Below, one piece after another: positions 1-9,605 of a stretch of 64,000 nt of DNA (the first letter of the stretch is position 1; each line of letters opens with the position of its first letter). Source of the DNA: Patescibacteria group bacterium (GTDB lineage Bacteria; Patescibacteriota; Minisyncoccia; UBA6257; GWB1-50-10); assembly GCA_038065455.1 (NCBI GenBank), contig JBBTQX010000003.1:24253-88252 (forward strand), in the 5' to 3' direction. The notes under the pieces were generated by a model that was given only the letters and a program-made list of their open reading frames with translations, had not been told where the DNA came from and ran no database searches. The position numbers and the translations under genes are program-made.

Positions 1-1157
1 TTAACGAGCTTATAGAGCCATACTCCGGCCGTTTTCTCCATCCGTTCCTCGTCGGTTCCATCGCCAGCAATTTCTCCATAACCGTCGAACAGGGATTCCT
101 GATTGTTGGTATTGCTTCCATTTTCCTCTTTTTCCTCATCAACGCCTTTCTTCTCAAAAAAGTTCTCCATTCATCCCCGCTCCTTTTTCCTCTCTTCCTC
201 ACGCCTTATTTTTTCAATACCCTGCGGGAGATATTCGAGCCGGACGCTTTTTACATCTTCCTCTCGGCTTTGTTTTTACTTTTTCTGTTTTACAAAATGG
301 AGCGTTCGGGGCTTCTGACTCTTTTTCTGCTTCTGCTTTCGAGGGAAACGACGGCGATTCTGGGCCTAATGTATGCCGGAATGGCCTGGTTTCTGTCGAA
401 GAAAAAATTGCTGGCGATAGCGATTATCGCCGTTATGGGAGTTTCCTTCTATCTTACGGGCATTATGAAGAGTATCGGCCGGCCGAACATCCATAATTTG
501 AGCGGTTCTGCCTATATGGTCTCCAAACTCTCGTACAACTTCCTCACGAACGTGGCGGGCGTGAAGCCCTGGATAAACACGACGAATATTTGCGAGCCGG
601 TTTTCAAAATATCCCTGCCGGCGAATAAATCCCTGGGAAACGTCCGGGAAATCGGTTTCTGCGGCTTTGATTTGTCGTTCCCCTTAAAAGCTCTAATTAC
701 TCTGCTCTCTATTTTCGGGATGGCTCCGCTAATCGTTTTTTACGTATTCCTGAAAAAAAGAAGGGAAATCTTCAAAAATTTTTCTTTCGGCATCCTTCTC
801 GCTTCCGGCTACGGCCTGGCCATTTATATTATCGGCATTTTCGCCGGCACTGGTATCGGAAGAATTGTGGGTTATGCCTGGCCTTTATTCCTGATTGCCG
901 GACCCGTCTGGCTTTCGGCTTTTTTCGAAACCGACCGGAAGTTCATCCTCAAACTTTCTTTGATTCAGCTTTTCACGGTCTGGCTGCCTTTTATTGTTTA
1001 TAAAATAAATGGCGATGCGATGAATTCGCTGATATTCATATTGGCTGTGGTTTTAACAATCTATTTTTACGCTTTCCGAATCATGAAGAATCAAACGATA
1101 AAACCGGAAACAAATCTCAAAGAATTGCCGAATTATGCCTTAAGCGATAGGATATAA
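1..1157 (+). CDS. Polytopic integral membrane protein, 5'-truncated at the window edge. Frame is open from nt 3. Possibly a Wzy-like polymerase or flippase-type protein.
   Basis: No stop codon in frame from nt 3 to 1157. Translation is dominated by hydrophobic helices. It sits at the head of the sugar-modification operon. Confidence 0.45.
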   Translation, partial: NELIEPYSGRFLHPFLVGSIASNFSITVEQGFLIVGIASIFLFFLINAFLLKKVLHSSPLLFPLFLTPYFFNTLREIFEPDAFYIFLSALFLLFLFYKMERSGLLTLFLLLLSRETTAILGLMYAGMAWFLSKKKLLAIAIIAVMGVSFYLTGIMKSIGRPNIHNLSGSAYMVSKLSYNFLTNVAGVKPWINTTNICEPVFKISLPANKSLGNVREIGFCGFDLSFPLKALITLLSIFGMAPLIVFYVFLKKRREIFKNFSFGILLASGYGLAIYIIGIFAGTGIGRIVGYAWPLFLIAGPVWLSAFFETDRKFILKLSLIQLFTVWLPFIVYKINGDAMNSLIFILAVVLTIYFYAFRIMKNQTIKPETNLKELPNYALSDRI

Positions 1158-1163
1158 GCACAA

Positions 1164-2972
1164 ATGATTGCCAATCCGAAAATTAAATTTGGTGTCCTTG
1201 GCTGTTCCCGCGTGGCTTTGAAAGGAATGCTGCCTGCCATAAACGATTCGGAATTTGCCGAACTCGAAATGGTCGGCTCGCGGAACCCGGAAAAATCGAA
1301 AGAAACGGGAACGCGATTCGGAGCCAAATCCTGGGGAAATTACGAGGATGTCCTTAAAAATAAAAATGTCCAAGCCGTCTACATATCGCTGCCGAACGCT
1401 CTCCATGAAGAATGGACGATAAAGGCGCTTGAAGCCGGAAAACACGTCATCTGCGAAAAACCGACCGCAATTTCCTACGGCGCCGCAAAAAGAATGGTTG
1501 AGGCGGCAAAAAAGAACAATGTCCGCCTTCTCGAAGGATTTATGTTCCGCTACCATCCCCAACATGCCAAAGTGAAGGAATTAATCGCGAACGGGATACT
1601 GGGAGAGCTCGTGAGATTCGAAGGATGCTTCAGCTATGCGATGCCCGATAGGAAGAGCAACGCGATGAATAAAGAACTGGCCGGCGGTTCCTTCAATGAC
1701 CAGGCGCCCTACTCGATCTACGCCAGCCGGATGCTCTTCAACGAGGAACCGGAAAGCGTTCTGTGCAATATGGCATACGATTCGGAAAGCGGCGTGACCG
1801 TTAAAACCGACATGGTCTTGCGCTATCCGAAAGACAAATATGCCTTCGCTTCATCCTCTTTCGGTTCGTATTTCCAATCGACCTACAGCATTTTGGGAAC
1901 CAAAGCGCACATCAGAATGAGCCGAGCTTACGCCGTTCCGCGCGAAACGGAAACGAAAATATTTTTGGATTCCGATGACGCCGTAAAGGAAATAAAAATA
2001 GAACCGGCTGACCAGTTCCGGCTGATGGTGAACGATTTCTGCCAGGAAATATCGAGCGGAAAAACCGCGAAGAATTACGAAAACGACCTGCTTGCCCAAG
2101 CCAAAGTACTCGAGGCCGCCCGGCGTTCCGATGCGGAAAAACGCATCGTTCCTTTATCCGAAATAGACGAGAATGTCGAAATCAGCGTCGCCTCAAACGC
2201 AAAATATGAACGGGTGCTTCTTACGGGCGCATCCGGAAATCTCGGCCAAGCGATAGTGCGATCCGGAAAGTTCTCCAAATTGATTATGCCTACGCACGAA
2301 GAAATGAATCTCACGGACGAAAAAGCTGTCGCCGAGTTTTTCAAAAAAGAAAAGCCGGATGCCGTCATCCACTGCGCCGCGATGGTCAAGATGGTCCAGC
2401 ATGAGAACGAACCGGAAAAAGCCATCGACACCAATATTGTGGGAACCTGCAATATAGTGAAAGAGGTTTTGCGGGCGGAAAGAACGGGAAAAAAGAAAAT
2501 AAGGTTTATTTACATATCCACCGACGGCGTCTATCCGGGAACAAGGGGGAATTATTCCGAAAAAGACGCTACTTTCCCCTATAACAAATACGGCTGGGAA
2601 AAACTCGCCGGCGAATGCGTCGTCAATCTGCTTTCCGATTTTTGCGTCATTCGGACAAGCTTCTTTGATTCGAATAACATCAGATATGATTCGGCCGCCA
2701 TCGACAAATATTCCTCCCGGGTGCCGATAAATTATCTGCCCAAAGCCATCGCTTTCATGCTTGAAAACAATTTCGTCGGCACGATAAATATCGGCGGAAA
2801 AAGAGAATCGGAGTACGATATTTACCGAAAATTCAAACCCTCGATCCAATCCTGCACCTACGAAGATATCGTGAGAGATCTCCCGATAAAATTGGCTAGG
2901 GACGCTTCATTGGATTCTTCTCTTTGGAATAAAATAAAAGGGGGCGTAAAAGAGCTTCAAATAGATGACTGA
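1164..2972 (+). CDS. Fusion protein. N-terminal Gfo/Idh/MocA-family NAD(P) oxidoreductase joined to a C-terminal RmlD-like (dTDP-4-dehydrorhamnose reductase family) sugar nucleotide reductase.
   Basis: N-terminus has the KIKFGVLGCSRVA Rossmann motif and the EGFMFRYHPQ motif typical of Gfo/Idh/MocA. The C-terminal half starts a second Rossmann motif, VLLTGASGNLGQ, with RmlD-like length and motifs. Single uninterrupted 602-aa ORF. Confidence 0.55.
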   Translation: MIANPKIKFGVLGCSRVALKGMLPAINDSEFAELEMVGSRNPEKSKETGTRFGAKSWGNYEDVLKNKNVQAVYISLPNALHEEWTIKALEAGKHVICEKPTAISYGAAKRMVEAAKKNNVRLLEGFMFRYHPQHAKVKELIANGILGELVRFEGCFSYAMPDRKSNAMNKELAGGSFNDQAPYSIYASRMLFNEEPESVLCNMAYDSESGVTVKTDMVLRYPKDKYAFASSSFGSYFQSTYSILGTKAHIRMSRAYAVPRETETKIFLDSDDAVKEIKIEPADQFRLMVNDFCQEISSGKTAKNYENDLLAQAKVLEAARRSDAEKRIVPLSEIDENVEISVASNAKYERVLLTGASGNLGQAIVRSGKFSKLIMPTHEEMNLTDEKAVAEFFKKEKPDAVIHCAAMVKMVQHENEPEKAIDTNIVGTCNIVKEVLRAERTGKKKIRFIYISTDGVYPGTRGNYSEKDATFPYNKYGWEKLAGECVVNLLSDFCVIRTSFFDSNNIRYDSAAIDKYSSRVPINYLPKAIAFMLENNFVGTINIGGKRESEYDIYRKFKPSIQSCTYEDIVRDLPIKLARDASLDSSLWNKIKGGVKELQIDD

Positions 2973-3711
2973 GCTGGATATTTTGATTCCCGTCTACAAC
3001 GAGGGCGAAAATATCGTTCCGACCCTTCGCGCCCTGAAAGACAAGGTTAAGACGCCGTTTCGAGTCCTTATCTGCTACGATTTCGACGGCGACGATACCT
3101 TGCCGGCGGCGGAACGAATGAAAAAAGAGCTCGGCCTTGAAATTGCCTTCGTGAAAAATCCCGGAACAGGCGTGCATCGCGCTGTTGTTGCCGGTTTTGA
3201 GGCAAACCAAGCGCCAGCCGTTCTGGTCTATCCCGCCGACGAAGTCTACAACATAGGCATAATCGATAAAATGCATCGGGAATTCAAAGAAGGCAGCGAA
3301 GTGGTTGTCGCGAGCCGATTTATGAAAGGCGGCGGGATGGAAGGCGGCCCTGTCATTAAATCAATCGTGGTAAGAGCCGCCTCTTTCGTTCTTCATTACA
3401 TAGTGGGCATACCGGCTTCGGACGCCAGTTACGGACTGAGATTATTCTCCAAAAAAATCCTTGATGTTGTTCAAATCGAATCCACCGAAGGTTTTACCTA
3501 TGCCGTGGAACTTCTGGTGAAATGCCATCGCCTCGGCTGGAAAGTTTCCGAAGTTCCCGCCAAATGGTATAGGAGAGAAAAGGGACAAAGCCGATTTAAT
3601 TTCAAAAAATGGCTGCCGCACTACTTCCTGTGGTTTATATACGCCTTTGAAACGACTTACTTGAGAAAATCGGCAAGCACGGTTAAACTGAGACCAGGCG
3701 CAAATATCTAA
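2965..3711 (+). CDS. Family 2 glycosyltransferase, polyprenyl-phosphate sugar transferase-like.
   Basis: N-terminal ILIPVYNEGENI motif and DxD region typical of GT2. The start overlaps the upstream stop by 8 nt. Confidence 0.65.
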   Translation: MTELDILIPVYNEGENIVPTLRALKDKVKTPFRVLICYDFDGDDTLPAAERMKKELGLEIAFVKNPGTGVHRAVVAGFEANQAPAVLVYPADEVYNIGIIDKMHREFKEGSEVVVASRFMKGGGMEGGPVIKSIVVRAASFVLHYIVGIPASDASYGLRLFSKKILDVVQIESTEGFTYAVELLVKCHRLGWKVSEVPAKWYRREKGQSRFNFKKWLPHYFLWFIYAFETTYLRKSASTVKLRPGANI

Positions 3712-3715
3712 TAAA

Positions 3716-4957
3716 ATGGAACAAAATTCAACAAGCAGAGTGGTAAAAGAATGCCAAATATGCGGCAGTTCCGATTTAAAATCGGTATTGTTTCTCGGCT
3801 ATCTGCCGCCGGTAAACGATTTTCATCCGATCGGCGAAAGGCCCAAGGAAGAACCGAGTTATCCCGCGGAGATACTTCATTGCGGAAAATGCCATCTCAT
3901 CCAATCCGGCTTTATTGTTGACCCGAAGATTATTTTCCCTCCTTCTTATCCCTACACTTCAAGCACCACCAAGGTATTGAGGGATAATTTCGCGGAGCTC
4001 TATCAAGAATGTTCGTCGATGTTCGAACTTAAGCCGGACGACCTGGTGGTGGACGTGGGCTCAAACGACGGAAATCTTCTGAATAATTTCAAGGGGCACC
4101 ACAAGGTGCTGGGCATCACTCCGGAAGATATCGGAAAGATAGCGATTGAAAACGGCATCCCGACTATTCTCGATTATTTCACGAAAGAAGTGGCTTTGCG
4201 CGTAAAAAAAGAATACGGGCCGGCGAGAATCGTAACCGCTACGAATGTTTTCGCCCATATCGATAACGTAAACGAAGTCGTGGAATCCGTTCTCGAAATG
4301 CTCGCGGAAAAAGGCGTATTTATAATAGAATCGCATTACGTTCTGCCGGTAATCCAAATGAACCAATTCGACACCATTTATCACGAACATCTGCGGCATT
4401 ATTCCATCCACAGCCTGAAATATCTTTTGGAAGCCCACGGCTTTGAAATAATCCATACAAAACCCATTCCGAGCCACGCCGGATCAATCAGGATTTACGC
4501 CGCGAGAAAAGGAGATTATCCGGTAAAAGACACGGTTGCCCAAATGATGGAAACGGAAAAAAACACTATTCTGAAAGACGGAACATTGGCCGAATTCAGA
4601 AAAAAAACCATTATCGCCAAATTGGAACTGATGGCGCTTCTTCGCGACATTAAAAAAAGCGGCGGGCGCATCTACGGCATAGGAGCTCCGTCGCGCGGGA
4701 CTACCCTCATAAATTACACGGGCATCGATGAAGGTATTGTCGACTGCATTCTTGAAATAAAGGGTTCGCATAAAATCGGCAAATACGTTCCGGGAACGCT
4801 TATCCCCGTGCTTGAGGAATCGAAATTATTCGAGGACCAGCCGGAATATGCCCTCTTATTTTCCTGGCAGATTACCGACGAACTGATACCCAAATTGAAA
4901 GAGAAAGGTTTTAAGGGAAAATTCATTATTCCTTTGCCTAGCCCTCATATCGTATAA
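3716..4957 (+). CDS. NDP-hexose C-methyltransferase family protein (TylCIII/NovU-like). Zn-ribbon, then SAM methyltransferase, then C-methyltransferase C-terminal domain.
   Basis: N-terminal CxxC...CxxC motif (CQICGS...CGKC). Central class I methyltransferase fold. Length about 410 aa. A paralog lies at 43920..45155. Confidence 0.6.
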   Translation: MEQNSTSRVVKECQICGSSDLKSVLFLGYLPPVNDFHPIGERPKEEPSYPAEILHCGKCHLIQSGFIVDPKIIFPPSYPYTSSTTKVLRDNFAELYQECSSMFELKPDDLVVDVGSNDGNLLNNFKGHHKVLGITPEDIGKIAIENGIPTILDYFTKEVALRVKKEYGPARIVTATNVFAHIDNVNEVVESVLEMLAEKGVFIIESHYVLPVIQMNQFDTIYHEHLRHYSIHSLKYLLEAHGFEIIHTKPIPSHAGSIRIYAARKGDYPVKDTVAQMMETEKNTILKDGTLAEFRKKTIIAKLELMALLRDIKKSGGRIYGIGAPSRGTTLINYTGIDEGIVDCILEIKGSHKIGKYVPGTLIPVLEESKLFEDQPEYALLFSWQITDELIPKLKEKGFKGKFIIPLPSPHIV

Positions 4958-4963
4958 CGAAAA

Positions 4964-4993
4964 CACCGCCCACAAGGGCGGCGTTCCTTTTTT
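4964..4993. terminator. Bidirectional rho-independent terminator between convergent genes.
   Basis: Stem ccgccc/gggcgg with loop acaa, followed by TTCCTTTTTT. Lies between the stop of 3716..4957 (+) and the stop of 4998..5390 (-). Confidence 0.5.
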
Positions 4994-4997
4994 AGAA

Positions 4998-5390
4998 TTA
5001 TTTCTTTTCCAAACCGAAATCCTCGTGAATAATAGGCTTTTCGCAATCGTCCCATTTCTTGGTTAGGAAAGTGACGTATCGGATATCCGTAATCGCATAG
5101 GTAATGTGGGGCACGTTCTGCGGAATGTGAACGCAATCCCCTGCGCTCACATAAAGGAATTCTTCCTTGGTTCCGTCATCCGATTTGGTGACCACCGCCC
5201 CATGACCGGCGGTAAAAAGGTAATATTCGTCGAACTCCGGATGATAATGGCTTCCTCGTATCGTATTTTTGTTAATGAACTGGAAATTAAATTCCACTAT
5301 CGGCTTATCGGGATAGAAGGTGAAAATACCGCCCCGGCCGTCCCGGACGGTATTTAAATTGCACGAAGGGTCTACTTTTTTTATTTTCAT
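4998..5390 (-). CDS. Small cupin-fold protein, WxcM/FdtA-like sugar 3,4-ketoisomerase family.
   Basis: 130 aa. Has the His-rich cupin motif GSHYHPEFDEYYLFTAGHG. Size and context match FdtA-type ketoisomerases. Confidence 0.4.
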   Translation of the reverse strand: MKIKKVDPSCNLNTVRDGRGGIFTFYPDKPIVEFNFQFINKNTIRGSHYHPEFDEYYLFTAGHGAVVTKSDDGTKEEFLYVSAGDCVHIPQNVPHITYAITDIRYVTFLTKKWDDCEKPIIHEDFGLEKK

Positions 5391-5405
5391 ATTATCGGAA
5401 TTCTA

Positions 5406-6638
5406 TCAAAAAGCCGCGATTTTTTCAATTTCTCGGGCTGCAAGGGCGGCGTTCAGATTCTTTTCGGCGAAGAGCCGGCCGTTTTCGCCCAGCTTCGCAA
5501 TACTTTTCCTGTCCCGATACATCTTTCTCGCCAATTCCTCGGCTTTGCCGATATCGGTTGAACCGGCGACGAAGCCGCACTTCGCTTCTTCAATAAGCGT
5601 GGAGCGGAGACTTTCCTTATTCACAAAAGCGAGCACAGGAACGCCGGCCGCCATATAGGCCGGAATCTTGGCCGGAAAAATCGGCGTCGTATTGCGCGAA
5701 GTCAGAGACACCAATCCGACATCGGCATCTTTCAAAAGAAATGGGAATTTCTCTTTCAAAACCAGGGGTTTGAAAATCACGTTTCCCAGATTTTTTTCTT
5801 TCGCGATTTTCATAAGTTTTTCTTTTTCCGTCCCGTCGCCGACGAAAAGAAAAACCGCATCCGGCAAATCTTTTACTCGCTCGGCGACTTGAAGCACAAA
5901 TTCCAAGCTTTGCGACGGTCCCAGAATGCCGCCGAAAAAGAAGATGAGTTTGTCTTTCGAAATGCCGAATTTTTCCCTGAAACGGTTTGTCCGCTTCGCC
6001 TCTTCGAATTGGCGCATATCCACCCAATGAGGCACCGAACTCACCTTCTCCGACGGAACGCCGCGCATCCGTTCCAAAAATTCCTTATGCCCAATCGAAG
6101 GAACGATAATCACATCGGCTTCCCGGTAAACATACGATTCCATTTTTTCGAAAAACCATTTTAAAACGGCGGCCGAAAAAGGCAGAAAAGGAACCTTGAG
6201 AATGCCGAGATCCACCGCATTCTGCGGAAAGATATCATGGACATTCAAAACAAAGCGCGCCTTGAAACGGCGCTTCAACGCCACGGCGGCGAGTGCTAAA
6301 GGAAGCGGCGGGGTATGGATAAATATCGCGTCCGTCGGTCCCGCCAAGCGCTTTGCGGCCCGGAAGAACGTAATAGGCATAAAAAGCTGGGAGAAGCCCC
6401 TAAAAATGAAGTTTACTTTGTGATGAGGCAGGGTCTTTATGCGGATAACCCGGATACCGGCTTCGTTCTCGACTTCCGAAAGCGACACGTTCCCATCCGC
6501 CAGATTATAGGCCGGATAGGAAGCGAGAACGGTAATTTCGTGGCCGAGCTTTTTCAAATTCTCTGCAAGTTCGGCCATTAAATGGGATGCCGAGCGCACT
6601 TCCGGCGGGTAAGAGTCGGTAATGACAAGAATCCTCAT
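5406..6638 (-). CDS. Family 4 glycosyltransferase (glycosyl transferase group 1).
   Basis: MRILVITDSYPPE N-terminus. GT-B architecture with C-terminal E-x7-E region. Confidence 0.7.
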   Translation of the reverse strand: MRILVITDSYPPEVRSASHLMAELAENLKKLGHEITVLASYPAYNLADGNVSLSEVENEAGIRVIRIKTLPHHKVNFIFRGFSQLFMPITFFRAAKRLAGPTDAIFIHTPPLPLALAAVALKRRFKARFVLNVHDIFPQNAVDLGILKVPFLPFSAAVLKWFFEKMESYVYREADVIIVPSIGHKEFLERMRGVPSEKVSSVPHWVDMRQFEEAKRTNRFREKFGISKDKLIFFFGGILGPSQSLEFVLQVAERVKDLPDAVFLFVGDGTEKEKLMKIAKEKNLGNVIFKPLVLKEKFPFLLKDADVGLVSLTSRNTTPIFPAKIPAYMAAGVPVLAFVNKESLRSTLIEEAKCGFVAGSTDIGKAEELARKMYRDRKSIAKLGENGRLFAEKNLNAALAAREIEKIAAF

Positions 6639-8264
6639 TTATTTGAAATGACGATAGAACTCCTTTTTGGCCAATTCATACCGGTTGCCCCAGCCTTTCA
6701 TCTTTTGAAGCTTTTCCTCCAAATCAAGCATAATCTTCGCCGAAATAAGGATGGATTCGATGGAATCGCCTTCTTCGTTCCGGGCAATCTTCGCGCCGAT
6801 TGTCCGGTACATGTCCCGATAGCTCTGGGTTTTGAATATCCTCTTTTTCCTGATTATCCGGTGGTTGTCTTCGGATTGGTACTTGATGGCGTCGGTTATC
6901 CGAATGTTTTTTCCGTGTACCTTCAACTCCACGATATCCCGCGGACCGACCCTTGATGTGCCTTTTTCGCTGAAAGTCGTCGTGAAAGACGCGCCATTTT
7001 CCAATTCTATCCAGACCTCAACAGCGTGGTCGTGGAGAAGTTTGATATCAAAATCTTTCGGCTTGCTGAAATTATTCAGATGAAGGAAGTGATCGATTTG
7101 GTGGCAGCCGTTCGCGAAAAAAGTACTCCGCGAAACCGGCCAGTTGTACCAGAAAAATTCCGGCTGGATGAGCTCGTAAACGATGGAGTGATAGGAAATC
7201 GGATCGCCGCACTTCACGCCCAAATCCTTGAGGGCGAATTTGTTGAATATTCCGTAGCGCTTATGGAAGCCGATGAAAACTTTCCGGCCCGCCTGACGCA
7301 GGGCTTTTTCCAATTCGGCCAGTTCCTCATAGTCGTTTACGACCGGCTTTTCCACCACGGCGTAGGCGCCCCGCTTCAAGGCGTGGAGAGTGATGGGAAC
7401 GTGGGTGTGGTTGTAGCTCGCAACGAAATACACGTCGCCTTTTTCATCCGTTTCGGGAAAAGGCGCGGAGCTCCATTTTTCCACTCGCCGCTCGATAGAA
7501 ATCTGCGTCGGGTCTATTTCATGGACCGTCCGGATATCCACGAACGGCTTCATATAAGGAAGAATATTTATTTTGGCGTAGTTGCCGAAGCCGAAAAGAA
7601 TCCCGGTCTTCGGAGAGTTCGCCTCTATTTTCGATATCTCATCTTTGATCTCTGATACCGGACTCGCATTCCGCGCATCGACATGTTCCGCTTTGGACCA
7701 GTCGGTATTTTTTATTTCTTCCCGAAATCCTTTTTCCAGCCTTCCGCGCATTTCTTCCGAAACTTTTTCTCCCGAATACACGCTCCAAGCTTTCATTTCG
7801 CTCCACCATTGGTTTTGCTTTCCGCTGTTCCGCAAAGGATAGTAAAGAATTTCATTGTCTTTTCCATCAAAGGCGGACCCGCCTTGGGCGGGGAAAATAA
7901 ACTCTTCGGACAAGACAATCCGTTCGGCGAGCGCCGGATGCCAAGGAGCCAAAAAACCGACGGTATCGCCCTCGTGGAAATTTCCGCCCTCCGGCTTCTC
8001 CAAGATTTTTCCGATGCCGCAGGCGATATACTTGTCGTTGCGCCGCTCTTCCCGAAGGCGCGACCAGGTTTTCGTGAACATTCCGACCGGCCCCACGACC
8101 GGGAAATAATTCAAAAGCAGGCGCAGGCTTTTGGGCCGCGTATGATAGACGTTTTCGAGTTTTTCGAGGTTTTTCCAGGCCAGAACGCGGACCCGATATC
8201 CGCTCTTATTCCGAAAATAGTCCAAAAAGCCGCCCCTCCATTTTTTGCCGGCAAGTATCCTCAT
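6639..8264 (-). CDS. Gfo/Idh/MocA-family oxidoreductase carrying an uncharacterised N-terminal domain of about 200 aa.
   Basis: The C-terminal two thirds carry the Gfo/Idh/MocA Rossmann and alpha/beta domain (GILFGFGNY...VEKPVV...FIGFHKRY). The N-terminal 200 aa has no recognisable family. Confidence 0.5.
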   Translation of the reverse strand: MRILAGKKWRGGFLDYFRNKSGYRVRVLAWKNLEKLENVYHTRPKSLRLLLNYFPVVGPVGMFTKTWSRLREERRNDKYIACGIGKILEKPEGGNFHEGDTVGFLAPWHPALAERIVLSEEFIFPAQGGSAFDGKDNEILYYPLRNSGKQNQWWSEMKAWSVYSGEKVSEEMRGRLEKGFREEIKNTDWSKAEHVDARNASPVSEIKDEISKIEANSPKTGILFGFGNYAKINILPYMKPFVDIRTVHEIDPTQISIERRVEKWSSAPFPETDEKGDVYFVASYNHTHVPITLHALKRGAYAVVEKPVVNDYEELAELEKALRQAGRKVFIGFHKRYGIFNKFALKDLGVKCGDPISYHSIVYELIQPEFFWYNWPVSRSTFFANGCHQIDHFLHLNNFSKPKDFDIKLLHDHAVEVWIELENGASFTTTFSEKGTSRVGPRDIVELKVHGKNIRITDAIKYQSEDNHRIIRKKRIFKTQSYRDMYRTIGAKIARNEEGDSIESILISAKIMLDLEEKLQKMKGWGNRYELAKKEFYRHFK

Positions 8265-8382
8265 CCCGTTAGAGACAAGATGCGCTTTTTAAGCGCATCT
8301 GTTTGTTATGCGGACTTTTTGATTTTTCGAACCGAATGTAATTGTTTCTTTTCATATATCTATCTTGAACGTCTCTAACGGG
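8265..8382. repeat. Copy 1 of a 118-bp inverted-repeat element with 12-bp TIRs CCCGTTAGAGAC/GTCTCTAACGGG and an internal 8-bp hairpin (GATGCGCT...AGCGCATC). It abuts the ATG of the 6639..8264 gene.
   Basis: Read directly from the sequence. A second copy lies at 10391..10511 in the same orientation. The interior is AT-rich. Confidence 0.6.
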
Positions 8383-8429
8383 ACTCATATTCGATATAAT
8401 ATAACCAACTTTTATAGATATCAAATCGG

Positions 8430-9605
8430 CTAAAAGAAATTGTTAAGCGCTTCCGTTATTTTTTCCGCGGCGAAGCCGTCGCCGAAGGCGCCGTGTTTTT
8501 TGGCCATGGACGCGTAATGCGCCGGCTCGTCCAATAGCCAGAAAGTTTCACGGATAATGGCGCTTTTTTCGGCGCCGACAAGCATGGCGTTTCCGGCCGC
8601 GACGGCCTCGGGCCGCTCCGTCGTTTTGCGGAGCACCAGAATCGGCTTACCCATCAAAGAAACTTCCTCCTGAATGCCGCCCGAGTCCGATAGGATAATA
8701 TGTGCCTTGCCCATTAAAAAGAGAAATGGTTTGTAATCCAGCGGTTCGGTAAGCAGAATACCCGGCGCGCCGCGGAGCATCTTGAAAACCGTTTCCCGGA
8801 CATTCGGATTGGGATGCACCGGATAAACAAACAGGATATCCGGCCTCTTTTTTGAAATTTCAATAAGCGCTTCACAAATGTTTTTAAGCCCCTCCTCGAA
8901 ATTCTCCCGCCGATGGGCGGTGACGAGGATTATTTTCTTTTCCCCGGAAAATTCCATTCCGTATTTTTCGTTGAAATAATTTTCCCACTTCGCGCCGAAA
9001 TCTTTTCCGGCGGAAACGAGGCGCACGGCGTCCAGCGCCGTATTTCCCGTGACGAATATCCAGCTCTCCGGAATGTTTTCTTTCAGAAGATTTTTCTTGG
9101 CATCTTCGGTCGAAGCGAAATGAATATCGACCAAAGGCGCGATAAGCCGGCGATGCGCTTCTTCGGGAAAAGGATCGGACTTATTCCAAGTGCGCAGGCC
9201 AGCCTCAACATGAGCGATTCTGATTTTGAGATAGAACCCTATAAGCGCGGCGAGAAAAGCGGTAAAGGTATCACCCTGAACCGCGAGAAGATCGGGCTTT
9301 TCTTTTTTTATTATCCTCACGAAAGACAAAAGCCCCCAGGCGCTTTTTACCCCGCTCCAGCCTTTCCTAAAAATCCCCGCTCCGAAAAATTCCCGGTCAT
9401 TCAGGGATATTTTTAAATCAAAATCCGGCTTCAAACCGAAGGCAGAGAGCGCCTGGTCCAGCATCGCGCCATGCTGGCGGAAGACACAAGCGAGTACCCT
9501 GAATTTTCCGGAAGCTCGGAGCGAAAGGATGATCGGCGCAAGTTTGATTGCTTCGGGTCGGGTGCCGAAAACCACGAGAACCGTTTTTAATTTCGACCCT
9601 GTCAT
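8430..9605 (-). CDS. wecB: UDP-N-acetylglucosamine 2-epimerase, non-hydrolysing.
   Basis: VLVVFGTRPEAIKLAPI N-terminus. Conserved His/Glu epimerase_2 family motifs. 391 aa. Confidence 0.8.
   Translation of the reverse strand: MTGSKLKTVLVVFGTRPEAIKLAPIILSLRASGKFRVLACVFRQHGAMLDQALSAFGLKPDFDLKISLNDREFFGAGIFRKGWSGVKSAWGLLSFVRIIKKEKPDLLAVQGDTFTAFLAALIGFYLKIRIAHVEAGLRTWNKSDPFPEEAHRRLIAPLVDIHFASTEDAKKNLLKENIPESWIFVTGNTALDAVRLVSAGKDFGAKWENYFNEKYGMEFSGEKKIILVTAHRRENFEEGLKNICEALIEISKKRPDILFVYPVHPNPNVRETVFKMLRGAPGILLTEPLDYKPFLFLMGKAHIILSDSGGIQEEVSLMGKPILVLRKTTERPEAVAAGNAMLVGAEKSAIIRETFWLLDEPAHYASMAKKHGAFGDGFAAEKITEALNNFF

Noticed and set aside
103-318. 71-aa ORF at 103..318 listed as a separate gene.
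   Set aside because: The membrane protein frame is open from nt 3 through 1157. The 103..318 ORF is an alternative-frame artefact inside that partial CDS.
7026-8378. Long plus-strand ORFs (7026..7655, 7683..8378, and similarly 22014..23132, 55880..57262, 26480..27148, 30254..30934) antisense to well-supported minus-strand genes.
   Set aside because: These are shadow ORFs in a gene-dense, moderately GC-rich region. The opposite-strand proteins have clear family motifs and these do not.
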